Positions 1 through 11,585 of a stretch of 64,000 bases of DNA are shown in pieces; the first letter of the stretch is position 1, and the number at the start of each line of letters is the position of its first letter. The notes under the pieces were generated by a model, which saw nothing but the letters and a program-made list of their open reading frames with translations, was not told where the DNA came from and searched no databases. The DNA is from Botryllus schlosseri. Its lineage: Eukaryota. The DNA lies in NCBI GenBank assembly GCA_051294905.1, contig CM119372.1, positions 36,148,001 through 36,212,000 on the forward strand, given 5' to 3'. The translations under genes were made by a program, and so were the position numbers.

Positions 1-499
1 ATTGTTAAGTCATACTTTGCTATATTGGCATTATTTTGGATCCAAGTAATACATTATATACAACCTATAAGTGGGCTGCGTAATCACTGTTATTGTACAG
101 ATATGAACAAGCAGGCTTAAACTACAGGCTTAACGCATTTCCGGTTCAGTTTAGAAATCCCATGGTTATAGTTTACACTTAATATTCAAAAGTAGGTTCT
201 CTGTTCTAAATTCCAGGCTACTTTTCGCAGGCCAGTCAGAATCGCGTTGCGAACAGCACTTTGACAAGTCTGCTGAACAGCAAACTCAATTACTTGGAAT
301 CGGACTCTAGACTCATCACTGTGACTCGTACTCGAGCCGCTGCTCCCCGACTTGGGCTCGGACTTGATTTGGTGGCGAATTCAAAATTACTCGACATGAC
401 TCGCCAGTCAAAACTGCCAAAGTAAGGTTACCTTATATGACTCATAATCGTGTTACTTGGTTATAGGCCTGTAACCCTCGTTCACAGTGTGAACGCAAA

Positions 500-688
500 C
501 CTAGGATTTATCAAGGGTTTAAGCAATGCTCCTACTCGCCATCTCATCCGTGTAAGGGTAAGTGGTGTCTTATAAAGAGCGTAGAACTGGCCGTGCAATA
601 CAAGTCGGCAGCTGCGGCTGAAGAAAACCGGCTGGAAATAAAGGACCATAGTAGTCGACAAACACCATGAATACCACGAACAAACAAT
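500..688 (+). mobile_element. SINE copy (same family, diverged)
   Basis: ctcgccatctcatccg ... gtagtcgacaaacaccatgaataccac matches the 3' half of the other copies; 5' boundary uncertain. Confidence 0.65.
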
Positions 689-1978
689 GGATTCGTGTAT
701 AGGTAACGGAATGATCGACCGTTCATTCGTTTTAGCTGGTGTTCAACTGTAGCTTGTTGTGGTTGAGCTGGTTGTTTACGACGGCAATCATCGCTATTTC
801 GTTGGGCTGAGCAACTTCAATTCCGATTCTGACCGGCTACCAAACAATTCACTTAGTACATTTAGACTACTGAAACTTGCGGCTTGGGACGGCTTCGAAA
901 TTGTATCTGCTTCGAGAAAAAGGCAATCGACTTCAGGTCGTCTTGAGGTTCAACCCGCTAAATACTCCTGCTTTGAGACGGTTGGAGAAGTACATGCACT
1001 TGGAAAGGAATCCCTACTACTATTTCGGCCAATTTTGACACGTATTTCAACCTAGGCTAACAGAGGCTCTCATGCGTGCATTTCCTGTCAACAATATCCA
1101 AGTGATCTCTAGTTTTGGTAATTAGCGACCACGAATTATGAAGCGAATATATGCAATGAAATGACTTGTTCAATTCCCGGGCCGGGATTAATGCGCAAGG
1201 TGTGTTCGCCTTTTCGGAATGGCGTAAATGTATTTCAAGTTTTCACAGCTCTATCGTGAACTGCGTTATCTCCCGACCTATCACACAAATATGACCATAT
1301 GCAATATGTATGTAACGCATATTCGACCCTTTCGCAAGCCGTCTCGTAACGTAACTTCGAGAAGACTCATTGACGAGACGATTTCATCGTGTAAACAGGC
1401 CTTCAGGCTGGAAATTGTAATATTGACGGAACATAAATCAGATCGCATACATAGAAAGTAATAATCAATACGCGTGGCAGCAGTACGAGACGTAGTCAGG
1501 ATATAGTGAAATACCAAGAAGATCGAGTCGTCGCTTAGGGCTAATGTTTTTATGTATATATTTGTAACGCTCAGGAGTCTAGGGCTTCATAATACATTTG
1601 AATAACTTATAGTCAGCTCTAATGTGAACATTCAAAACTTATTTTAACAACAATCGGTATTTCTAAATATAACATGACACATTGTGAAATAAAATATAAA
1701 AGACAAAAGTGCTTTACCACAGATGCGAATAGAACAAGCTCTATTGTGCGATTTTTAAATGACACATGCCATGGCCTGGTTGCACGCTAAAATCAGCAGA
1801 ATATTCTGCTATATATGCGCAAATGACATGGTTAAATCCTGCACGAAGCAACTGGAGCGAACAGCCGAACTATAACTTGAACGAGACACAAGGACGTTTT
1901 TCGCTGTTCGCTCTTCGGGTTCTTGGTTATCATAGCAAGTGCCTAAACATGTTCTGTCAACCGCAGTAGACGCTACGT

Positions 1979-2953
1979 TTACCCAACGGATTTTCGGGCT
2001 GTCACAACCTGGCTTTTTCCAATCGCATTCGTCTCTTGCGTTCCATGAGCCCCTGCTGATACAGATGTGGCTCGTTCCGAACTCAACATTCTATTCCTTG
2101 CGCTCCGGCTGCTGTGCCGCAACCGTTCCCACGGAACAAGCCGCGATTTCCAATCGCCCGAGATTAGATTGATGCAGATCAGATTGATGATCATATCCAA
2201 ATGAAATAGAACAAATCTAGTAGCGCTAGACATGTCCACAAACGATATCGCCATGGCCATATCTGATGCTATGCATAACACTGAAAGGATGGTGACTCTT
2301 TTCATTAGTGTAACGTATTTAGGATGGGTCTGGATGCTCGACGAGCGATTAAAATGTATGGCTTTTATTAACGGATAGACAGATAGAATCAGCAGCGGCA
2401 ACTGAATCGACAAAGGAAATAACATCAAGACGACAGCTAGCGGTATGTCTTGCACGCCCACAAACACCCAACATACCATTAGCAACACCATTGCCGCTTC
2501 GTAAATAATGAAGTATTTGCTGACGAATCTCATAATCATATTTGAAAGATGAGCCAAGAATTCTGTCTCATAAATAGTTTTCTGCCGTATCCATATAACC
2601 GCGTAAACCGTGAAGAACACAAATCCACCAACAAGGAAAGTCACGCTCATCAAGACATGTTCGACTTCCCAGATGGCATTGCATTCTTCTGGTATACTCG
2701 CCGATTCATTCGATACGTCCCAGGCGATGACGCAATTGTTGATGCCTACCAGGACCGCCATTTCCGTCGTCACGGTAGCAAAAAGTAACGTGCAGCTGAC
2801 CGTCATAAGAATATTTTGAATGAATCTGCTCTTGCACCCGCAATTGCGGCAGACATTTTTCCGAATCACGTAAATCCATTGAGCGCAACAGAGGTAAACC
2901 GAAACTGCGAACAGTACCGATTCACAACCGATGATAACATCTATATCGGCCAT
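1979..2953 (-). CDS. Orphan 7TM (GPCR-like) membrane protein, paralogue 1, single coding exon, 324 aa
   Basis: Uninterrupted ORF with seven hydrophobic segments (VIIGCESVLFAVSVYLCCAQWIYV; ILMTVSCTLLFATV; VLMSVTFLVGGFVFFTVYAVIW; FIIYEAAMVLLMVCWVFV; LAVVLMLFPLSIQLPLLILSVYPL; VTILSVLCIASDMAMAISF; FVLFHLDMIINLICINLI) and a Ser/Thr-rich C-tail. Motifs WIRQ..IY, LAHLSN, YPL, CIASD and DW..RL.P are shared with three other ORFs in the window. Confidence 0.88.
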   Translation of the reverse strand: MADIDVIIGCESVLFAVSVYLCCAQWIYVIRKNVCRNCGCKSRFIQNILMTVSCTLLFATVTTEMAVLVGINNCVIAWDVSNESASIPEECNAIWEVEHVLMSVTFLVGGFVFFTVYAVIWIRQKTIYETEFLAHLSNMIMRFVSKYFIIYEAAMVLLMVCWVFVGVQDIPLAVVLMLFPLSIQLPLLILSVYPLIKAIHFNRSSSIQTHPKYVTLMKRVTILSVLCIASDMAMAISFVDMSSATRFVLFHLDMIINLICINLISGDWKSRLVPWERLRHSSRSARNRMLSSERATSVSAGAHGTQETNAIGKSQVVTARKSVG

Positions 2954-3187
2954 ACGAGCCTGCTCGAATAAGTACTGTTAATAGGTGGAAAGTACTTCAG
3001 TACAAGATCTCTAAAATATAAGAAATACTTCTTATGCAATTACATACGGCAGTGTTGGGAATCAGCCGCTACCGCCGAGCCACAAGTCATCTTGAGTTAT
3101 TGCAAATTTTGACTCCAATCAAGTCAGTCGATTTTCGAAGATGACTCGAGTCAAGCTGAATTTTCAAATTGGGGGCATGGTTTAAAG

Positions 3188-4542
3188 CAGAGGTCTCAAA
3201 CACGCGGCCCGCGAGAGCATTTTGTGCGGCCCGCGACGGCATTTTGGAATTTCAAGTATTTAACCATATATTCAAGTGCCGCATATCTTTTTTAGATATA
3301 AGAACTTGAAGTTCACGCTAAAACTACTATAAAATCAATGAAATCTCAAGGAACGTCACTATCACGTCACTTTTAAAAGCTACCGTGCGGTAAAAGATCA
3401 GCTATTACATCACATTTCTAGGTCATGATGATAAAACAATACCAGTTGATGATTCGTGACCGAAAATTGTGTAAAATTGTGTAAAATTACTCGATTTCGG
3501 ATTGACTGGATGACTAAATAAAAATGACTTAAGTGCAGTCCGATCAAACGTTGAAATAAGAGAAGGACTTGCGACTCGGAACGGTGACTTGGTAATTCTA
3601 CGGACGCAACGATCTATGAAACTGTCATGGGGAGTAGTAATATATCAAAAGGTCATAGATTGCGTTGGGTGTGGTAAATAGCTATCTAATCAGGTCAGTA
3701 TGGCAACCATTGGTATTATGTGACCCCCCTGACGTATAGTTGATTACATGTTGGATGTTGTTTGTTCTCTTTATCCATGTTATTATCTGTGGCGAGTAAG
3801 GTATTAGTACGGTCTACAGCCGTAACACCAATGAATTCTGAGCCGATTGAACATTTCTATTCCAGGGGTTCTTAACCAAGACCCGTAGACACCATCGGGG
3901 TACGAAGCACCACTTAAGGGTGTACGAGATGCATTGTGGAATTAGGCTTAAATGCTGTGGAATATTTTCTTGGCCAATATATGCAACTTGATAGTAGTCT
4001 TCGCGCTACGCGCAATTTTATGTGAGTGGGCGATCTGATTTTAATATAGGTGCCATAAGCAATTGTGTTGAAAATGAACACGGGGCTACGAGAAATCTTA
4101 TTGGAAGCACAACGGGTACGATCGCTAAAAAGGTTAGGAAGCAATGGTATTACTATGGCTCAATAATTATTATATTTAAAATGTTATTGATATGTTACAA
4201 TAATAATCGAAGGCAAAATCGAACGCTGATTTAATTCGCCTTTGGCAATGGCAGTAACAATAGTCGATGCTTATCACGACGATATCAAAACCAGGATTAT
4301 AGGCTACACCGCTCAAATGCTCTGATATCAAATCAATCTTCAGTAGATTTCCTAATATTCTTCATAAAATTGTGACTCGTCAAAGGTTCACTAGTTGCAA
4401 TATTATAACCCGACAGTTTTATGATGTCCTGATGCATCCTCTCGCATGATGTTTATAACTCACTAATTAAAAAAATTATGCCCGCGGCGTCCTGAAACAC
4501 TAATAAATTGGCCCGCGAGCACATTTGAGTTTGATACCCCTG
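3188..4542. mobile_element. Non-autonomous hAT (Charlie/Buster-type) element
   Basis: TIRs cagaggtctcaaac / gtttgatacccctg, subterminal gcggcccgcg motifs, perfect 8-bp TSD gtttaaag. Confidence 0.85.
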
Positions 4543-4605
4543 GTTTAAAGTCATTGCATTTTTCCAGTATCGCTCAGACATACGTGGTACTGGTAAAGTA
4601 AGTAG

Positions 4606-5032
4606 CAGAGATGAGCATGGATTAGGATTAGGTTTTGAAAAAACAGGATTAGTGAAATTTTGTCGGATTTGGATTGGATTTGGATTAGACATTTTTTTCA
4701 GAACGGATTAGGATTTGGATTGGATTTACCTATTTTCTGGGAGATTGAGATGTCGTGTGGCGAATGGCGACAAACTTTATTCGGATCAGTTATTAATGTA
4801 TATATGGTTACTAAGTTATCTTGAATCAAGTGAATCGTTGATTGTGAAAGAAAATTTTCGAATCCCTCCATTGCATAAATTAGTATTTTTTCTGAATTTC
4901 CAGTAGGAATCGGATTAGGATTGGACATGGACTTGAATATGAATAAGTTATGGATTAGGATTTGGATTTGGATTTGAAGGTTCGGATTCGGATTGGATTA
5001 GGACATAGAAATTTCAAATCCGCTCATCTCTG
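4606..5032. mobile_element. hAT-type MITE with GGATT(A/T) subterminal repeats
   Basis: TIR cagagatgagc / gctcatctctg; TSD gtaagtag / gtaagtaa. Confidence 0.85.
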
Positions 5033-5749
5033 GTAAGTAACTGCGTAGCTTCAGTTTATAATTATCAGACAAATGGAGGATAGAATGAGAAACAGTATGA
5101 TACACTACCAGGACATGGTGGGAATGACTATAGCAGTCGACAAACAGCGTGAAGCCACAAAATAAACAAACTAGTCAGGCGTAATTATTGAATGACTGCT
5201 TGCTCGTACAGGTTACACCAGCGACAGCGTATCACCAACAATCTGACCTTATATAAAGTACAGCGATTTAGTCGCCACCGATTACTTGATGAATTGAAAT
5301 TGACTCGTGCCTTTTGTTCCTAGTTCTAATCATGCGATGATTTAAAAATAAACAGAATGAATCATGCAGCAGTGTAACAATAAATAGAATATATAAGGTA
5401 TATAATATTATCTCATCACCCTGCGACTGAAGCGCGAGCACGTCCGCTACACTTGACGAGTTCACATAGAATATGCATTGCAGACTGAATGGATGGGGAT
5501 TGAGGTTAGGTACAGGGGTGGGTGACACGATTATTGGCACTATTTGGGACAGTTACACAGGGACTTAACCAGGGACTAAAATTTTCGTGCTCACAGGAGG
5601 CTCAAATATCAACGTTCCTGCTGGGTATGGAATCAGACCCGAGCCAGACAGGTTTGATTCTGATTCCTGCCCAAGATGCACAAGGTGCCATGTCACCTCT
5701 ACCTGAAAGCTTTCACAAGAAAACAGCCCTTCCGTGGGCGTGTTTTTAT

Positions 5750-6248
5750 CAGGGTTGTAATGACTCGAGTCACGATTGTTTGGTGACTCGACTGGACTCG
5801 AGTCATATTTTTTTAAATGCGTAAACCGACTCGACTCGAGAAAATTTTGTATTGACTCGACTTGTACTCAAGTCCTTGTACATGACTCGAACAAGAGACT
5901 ATAGGACGGCCAAGACAGACATTTCCTTGTAACTTCGAAGAATAGTAAATCACCACATTAATGATATTTCATCTAACAGTCCTGATACTTCGTAAATAGG
6001 GCCAGAAACTGTTAGGACTGAGCTCTCGAGCACAGTGGAAAACAGGGGGTTGAACCAGATGGAAGTCAAAACTACACAGTGAACTGTGACTTGGACTCGA
6101 GTTACAATTCTATAACACGGACTCGACCCTCTACAGACTGACTCCGACTTGACTCGGTGGTGGATTGAAAACGACTCGAATTGACTCGAGTCAAAACAAT
6201 AAAAGTGAGACTTGTGACTCGGCAACTTGTGACCGAGTTACAACCCTG
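5750..6248. mobile_element. hAT-type MITE with GACTCGAG repeats
   Basis: TIR cagggttgtaa / ttacaaccctg; perfect 8-bp TSD gtttttat. Degenerate relatives at about 300-400, 3050-3160, 15800-15950 and 24006-24197. Confidence 0.88.
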
Positions 6249-6560
6249 GTTTTTATTCCAGTAAACGCGACCGTAATCCTCGGAGCGCCAAGCAGGCCTC
6301 TCACATCGAAAGAAATATATTTCTATTGTCAGCAAGCCGCGCTGATACGGCCATGAATGACATGGAAGGTCATGGCTACTGAATTATTCGAATTGGCGAC
6401 TGATTTCACAAAACCAAGCGCTGAAAAACTGGTCAGACCTTAACATGTTATATTTCAATATTTAGATCGGAAAATCCATGATTTATTTTCAACCACGCAT
6501 TCAAGCCTGTTGGAAAGCGCCACTGTGATGTCAGTGGTTCAATATCAGTAACTCGCGAAT

Positions 6561-6565
<5 letters not shown>

Positions 6566-6600
<35 letters not shown>

Positions 6601-6655
6601 TCTCCCTTTCTATCCATCTCCCTTTCTATCTCTCTTTTTTTCTTTCTTTCTCTCT
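6566..6655. repeat. (CT)n microsatellite / polypyrimidine tract
   Basis: Read directly from the sequence. Confidence 0.95.
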
Positions 6656-7231
6656 GATCGCCTATTACCCACGCAAGTTAGTCTTACTATGACGTAAAAC
6701 CTACTATGTGATACGTGTTGAGGTATGCATTTTTCGTTATTAAGCCATTATTTAGCCATATTTTCAGCGCGCCTCATTCATTTAATTTTATAGTATTCAA
6801 GATAGTGACATACGGTGATGGTTTTGATGGCAGAGGCGGATTACCGTAGAATCAGATTGGAGGTTATGCGAAGTCCAAAAGGTTAGCTGATTCAGTTGAC
6901 GACTTGTTTCTTGCCACATTAACATTCTTCACACGCAGGATACGTAATAAGATATAGCTACTACGCATCAACTATTATCGAAGCTATGGAAAATACATAA
7001 CAGCCACCTGAGTAAGACTATATAGGTATTTGCTCAGCACAGCACGTCGACCGTCTTCACTTCACAATTCATACTACTGTCGCGGCTTTTGAATTCGGTA
7101 AACGCGTTGTTGTACCGCGCTGCATCTCGGAGCAGATTATTATATTCCTCACCTTTTACTGCCTCACAGCGCTAGTACTGTACCTAACAACTTGTGTGAA
7201 ATCGCATGGAGTGCAGTGAGAATGAGTAGAC

Positions 7232-8420
7232 CAGGGGTGGGCAAACTTTTGAGCTCGCGGGCCGCATTCAACATATGAATCCATTCGCGGGCCGCACTAT
7301 ATGAAATTGGGATTATAGATCAAAACGCAATATTGGTGTTTGATTATATAGTGAGGACATGGAGATAATATATATGCTTATTTAAAACAATCCAAACATT
7401 GCTTTGATGATATCGTACACGCTACAGAAGCATTGGCGAGAATTTTATAGGCTGGTTGATCTGAATTACCAATTTGTCAAAACTATAGAGATGAAAGTCG
7501 GTTGTCCCGATTCTTAGAACTGGATTGAAATTTAAATGTGTGAGCAGCGATCTGTTCATAGATTTAATAATTCCACTTTTGGTTCAGTTTCAGGACACAC
7601 AATGCTGACAGCATCATAACCATGTTAGATTCAAACACGCTTCTACTATGTGTAGATAAAATATTAATAACCCAATTCTACGCATACAGAGAACGAATGT
7701 ACCTTAGACACGAGCGAATCGTTTTTTATAAGCACAATACTGAAATAATTAAAACTGGAGTGGCAAGTCAGAAATCACACTCGTGATCCGAATTATGTCA
7801 ATCACGTTTAGGATTTTTGTGACGTATAGCAGTTGGAACCTTTCAAACTGCGTGGGCCTGGAAATCGGGCTGCCGCGCCAGAAATTGAACATAAAAAATA
7901 GTATAAGTAATTACCTTTGAGCGGTGGTTCTCAAAATTTTTAAAACACGACCCCCCCCCACTTATGATGGTAAAAGATTTGCCCCTACCCCCACCCCCTT
8001 ATCCTCATATCACAAAACGCAACCAGGATGCTAGCAAACCTAACGGACAGTTTGATGGCATGGAAGGTTATGACTGTGGATGAGAGATTTTTCAATATGA
8101 AATTCAGACTAAATACAGAGCATTCATTATGAACCGGATGTAAATCGCGCGGAGCGATATTCAGTTGAGCTCAGCTTCTTGCCCCCTTTCCGATGCTTTC
8201 ATGCCTCCAAAGGGGTGCGCCTCCCAATTTGAGAACCAATGCCTTGCAATTATCATGCAGAAATACACTAAGAAAAAGTTTAATCAAGTCTCTGCATTAA
8301 TTCACGTTTTAGTACGCATATTATCAATATTTTTAATAAGTTTCTTTAGACTCTCGCGGGCCGCACAGAACGGTGTGGAGGGCCGCATGCGGCCCGTGGG
8401 CCGTAGTTTGCCCACCCCTG
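7232..8420. mobile_element. Charlie/Buster-type hAT element containing a nested MITE (about 7922-8241)
   Basis: TIR caggggtgggcaaact / agtttgcccacccctg; perfect TSD gagtagac. The nested MITE has a relative at about 63351-63656. Confidence 0.88.
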
Positions 8421-9864
8421 GAGTAGACTATATCAAAATCGAGACATAGGCATCTGTTGGAAGTAGAGCATCGGGATACGCTTATGCAAAGTCAAGCCCG
8501 GCACTAAAAGAGCTCCGACTTCTGGCACAACCCACATTCATTCTAAGTTTTTGTTTGAAACCTTCCTCACTTGTTAGCTTTCAAGTAAATTATTGTATAA
8601 TCGACACCTTCTTTTTTTCATAAATTCTAAAAGGATACCTGGCGCAGCATTAGACTTGGTTGGACGTGATCACATATTTTGCTATACCGGTGACCATAAC
8701 TAATACAAAATAAGTCAAATGACATACACTGATCATAATATGTAACTTATATTGTCATGAAAGCAGGTAGAGATCAGTTAGTTAATAGATAATCAAAAAC
8801 TTCCTGAAGTTTTAAGGATTTAGTATCACCAATACACTTCAAGCACCATCTCTTTGCTGACAAGTAGGCCTACGACAGTTGATGCTGCTGTGGCATTTTT
8901 TGTGAACCAATTAGAATTCCATATGGTAGCGCGCGTAAAGTGGCATTAGCGCTGCGCTTCATCACGGAGGAAATAGCCTATTGAATGTGTACGATGTGTG
9001 CGTAGCAAAAATTACTATGACTCCATGCAATCATCACCACCATTCGCAAGTATATCATACTAATTAAAAGAATGACCGTTTAGACCAGCAACCGATACGG
9101 CGCTACCTGTTTTATATTGATTCAAATATTCTCATTAATTTCCGACAGTTCTCGATTTACCGGATACCCGTAAGTGGTCGTACGAAGAGAGACTGACTGA
9201 ATATTGGCATTGCGTCAGAATTGAGACCGTCCGCAAGTTAAGAAAACTAATACTACATACCAGGGGTTACCAATCTGTCTGTTACCCTCACCTCCCTTAG
9301 GGGCCATCAACCCTTTACAGGGCGCCATGATTAAATTATCACCTGTAAGTCTGCTCCACTGTAAGTAATGGCATTGATTATTATGTACTAATAATGCTAG
9401 TACGGTTATACAACACTGGTTGATGTTCAGTTTATTTCCATGTTTCACCTTTCGATATTTTAGAGTTTGGGCAACAAGGAATTTAGACGAAAGTTATCTT
9501 AAGCCTGGCGTTACATGAGTGTGAAGGTCTATAATTGTGTTCTATGTTCAACAGTTCCGACTAATGGGTCGATGGGAACAGGAAATCTGACCGCGGTGCA
9601 CAGTAGTTAGGAAATCCAAATCCAGCTAGACAGAAATGGTAATTTAAATCCGTTTTCTATTACAATCATGTACTTCGGGTTAGGAACTAAGATATAGAGA
9701 ACATGCACGAAATAAAAAATATGCAAATTTTCCCATTAGCTGTGAATACCGAAACAATGAAAATATTTCGATTATTGCCTTTGCCAACCGATTCCATAAC
9801 CGGATTTTCTATGTGGCGATGATATACAGAATACAGATATGATATAACCATAGTGTCCTACAAT

Positions 9865-11585
9865 CAGACATTGGGTGATTACTTCATGAATGTAATCGAT
9901 TGCGATTACGATTACTTCTGAATCACGCGATTATGATTACAGCAAAATCCGCAAGTAGTCGATTACGATTACTTTACAAAAGTAATCACGATTACTCACG
10001 ACTACATTTATTTATTTTTCTTCTTCGAAGTTTTCTTTGGAAGACAACAATGCGATGAAAAGGCCTCATGACGTCATGACGTCATTTCCTGTATATGACA
10101 TAACATACCATTGCATGATTTACAGAAATATGCATTTCGGTGTCGGCTAATACCGCGCCGCGAGCCCGCGAGAAACCAAGACATGCTACCTTGACCGAAA
10201 CATTCTGTATTTTTCCATTGTCCATAGCCGCGCTGGCTGTTCGCGACGAATAGTCTTCTCAATGTCAGCCCCACAATACAAATTCCACCCGGGGCACCCA
10301 CTGAGGGAAATGATGAACCCCGTGCAGAAATTACAATTTCTGGGTGCGTCTCACGAAAGTTTTTCGTTTACTTTTGTTATCGTCTGCAACGTTTCGGCGA
10401 CTCCAATATTTTTCGACTATGTAAAAGACAGGAGGTCACGAAATAACAACATGAAATAAAGTTATAGTTGTAAATTACGTGCCTAAATATTCGCGCTTGG
10501 CGCGACTTGACAGCAAATTCACAGCCAATCCATATCGCATCAAATCGTGTTTCCGGTTCTTGTGAAAAGCCCGGTCGTTGAAGGGGGGTCTGGGGGACTT
10601 CGCCCGACAGAATTTCTATTAATCGCCTTATGGGGTGGGAGGGGGTGGGCAAGACAACCATTCGTGAGAAGAGGGTGGCGAAATGCTGTTTCGGTACTGA
10701 TTCTAGCTGCAATCCACGCTAACATGGTGTGTACCGGATGGCTATAGTGGCAGATCCAAATGTTGAGTATAAAATTGCGAAATAGAAATTGTTGCCCGTT
10801 TCAACAAGGGCCTTATGAGAATACGATGAGGTAAACATAAACTTCTGCCTACAATCCACTTGATACGCAGATATTCTGAGCTGCTATTATACGAGTAAAT
10901 GAACATATCGGCTCGGTTATGATTTTTTATCAGCAGCCGTTGGATTATGATGCTTCGATGTAGAATTTGTCATGTTTTATTTGACGAGTACAAAATGACA
11001 CATCTTTGTCCAGTGTATACGTAAATAGGCCTACCGCTTGCCAATCAGCAACGATCAAACTGCGTTTACCTCAGCATAACAACACATCAATACATAGTAC
11101 ATACGTTACTATTCGAAACTAGGCATAGAGTGGTGATTATTATCCTGTTGCGAGGTAGTGGCGTCTGCAGTGTATTAATAACCTGACATAATGCAGAGCG
11201 GGTGTTCTTACAATCACAGTACTACATGTACAATTGTACATCGGAAATCTATTTACTACGTTCGGATAATTCGTTACGCAAAGAGCCAAGCTAATATTTG
11301 TGACGCAATAATGAGCAGAGGCGTTTGAAAATCCGACTTTTGTGCTATCCAAAACCTGTTTTAAATCGCACTCTTCATTGTTCACGAATGATCAGTTTAT
11401 GACATGGGCATTGCACAAATGAAAAGTAATCGTTCTTTCACAAAGAAATCGGTTATATATGTGAAGTAGTCGATTACGATTACTTCGGATTTTTTTTAAT
11501 GCAATCGATTGCGAACACGATTACTTGGAAATGCTGTAATCGTCGTAATCGATTACGGTTACTAAATACTCTAATTGCACGGCTG
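9865..11585. mobile_element. hAT-like element with GATTAC subterminal repeats, inserted just inside a CATAG-terminated MITE
   Basis: gattac arrays at both ends; degenerate TSD cctacaat / ctttcaat. The flanks (9849-9864 plus 11594 onward) rejoin into the sequence seen uninterrupted from 53150. Confidence 0.65.

Noticed and set aside
4615..5005. GGATTA/GGATTT arrays resembling telomeric repeats, a CRISPR-like array or NP-repeat ORFs
   Set aside because: They lie between TIRs with an 8-bp TSD, so they are MITE subterminal repeats. There is no constant repeat/unique spacer structure.
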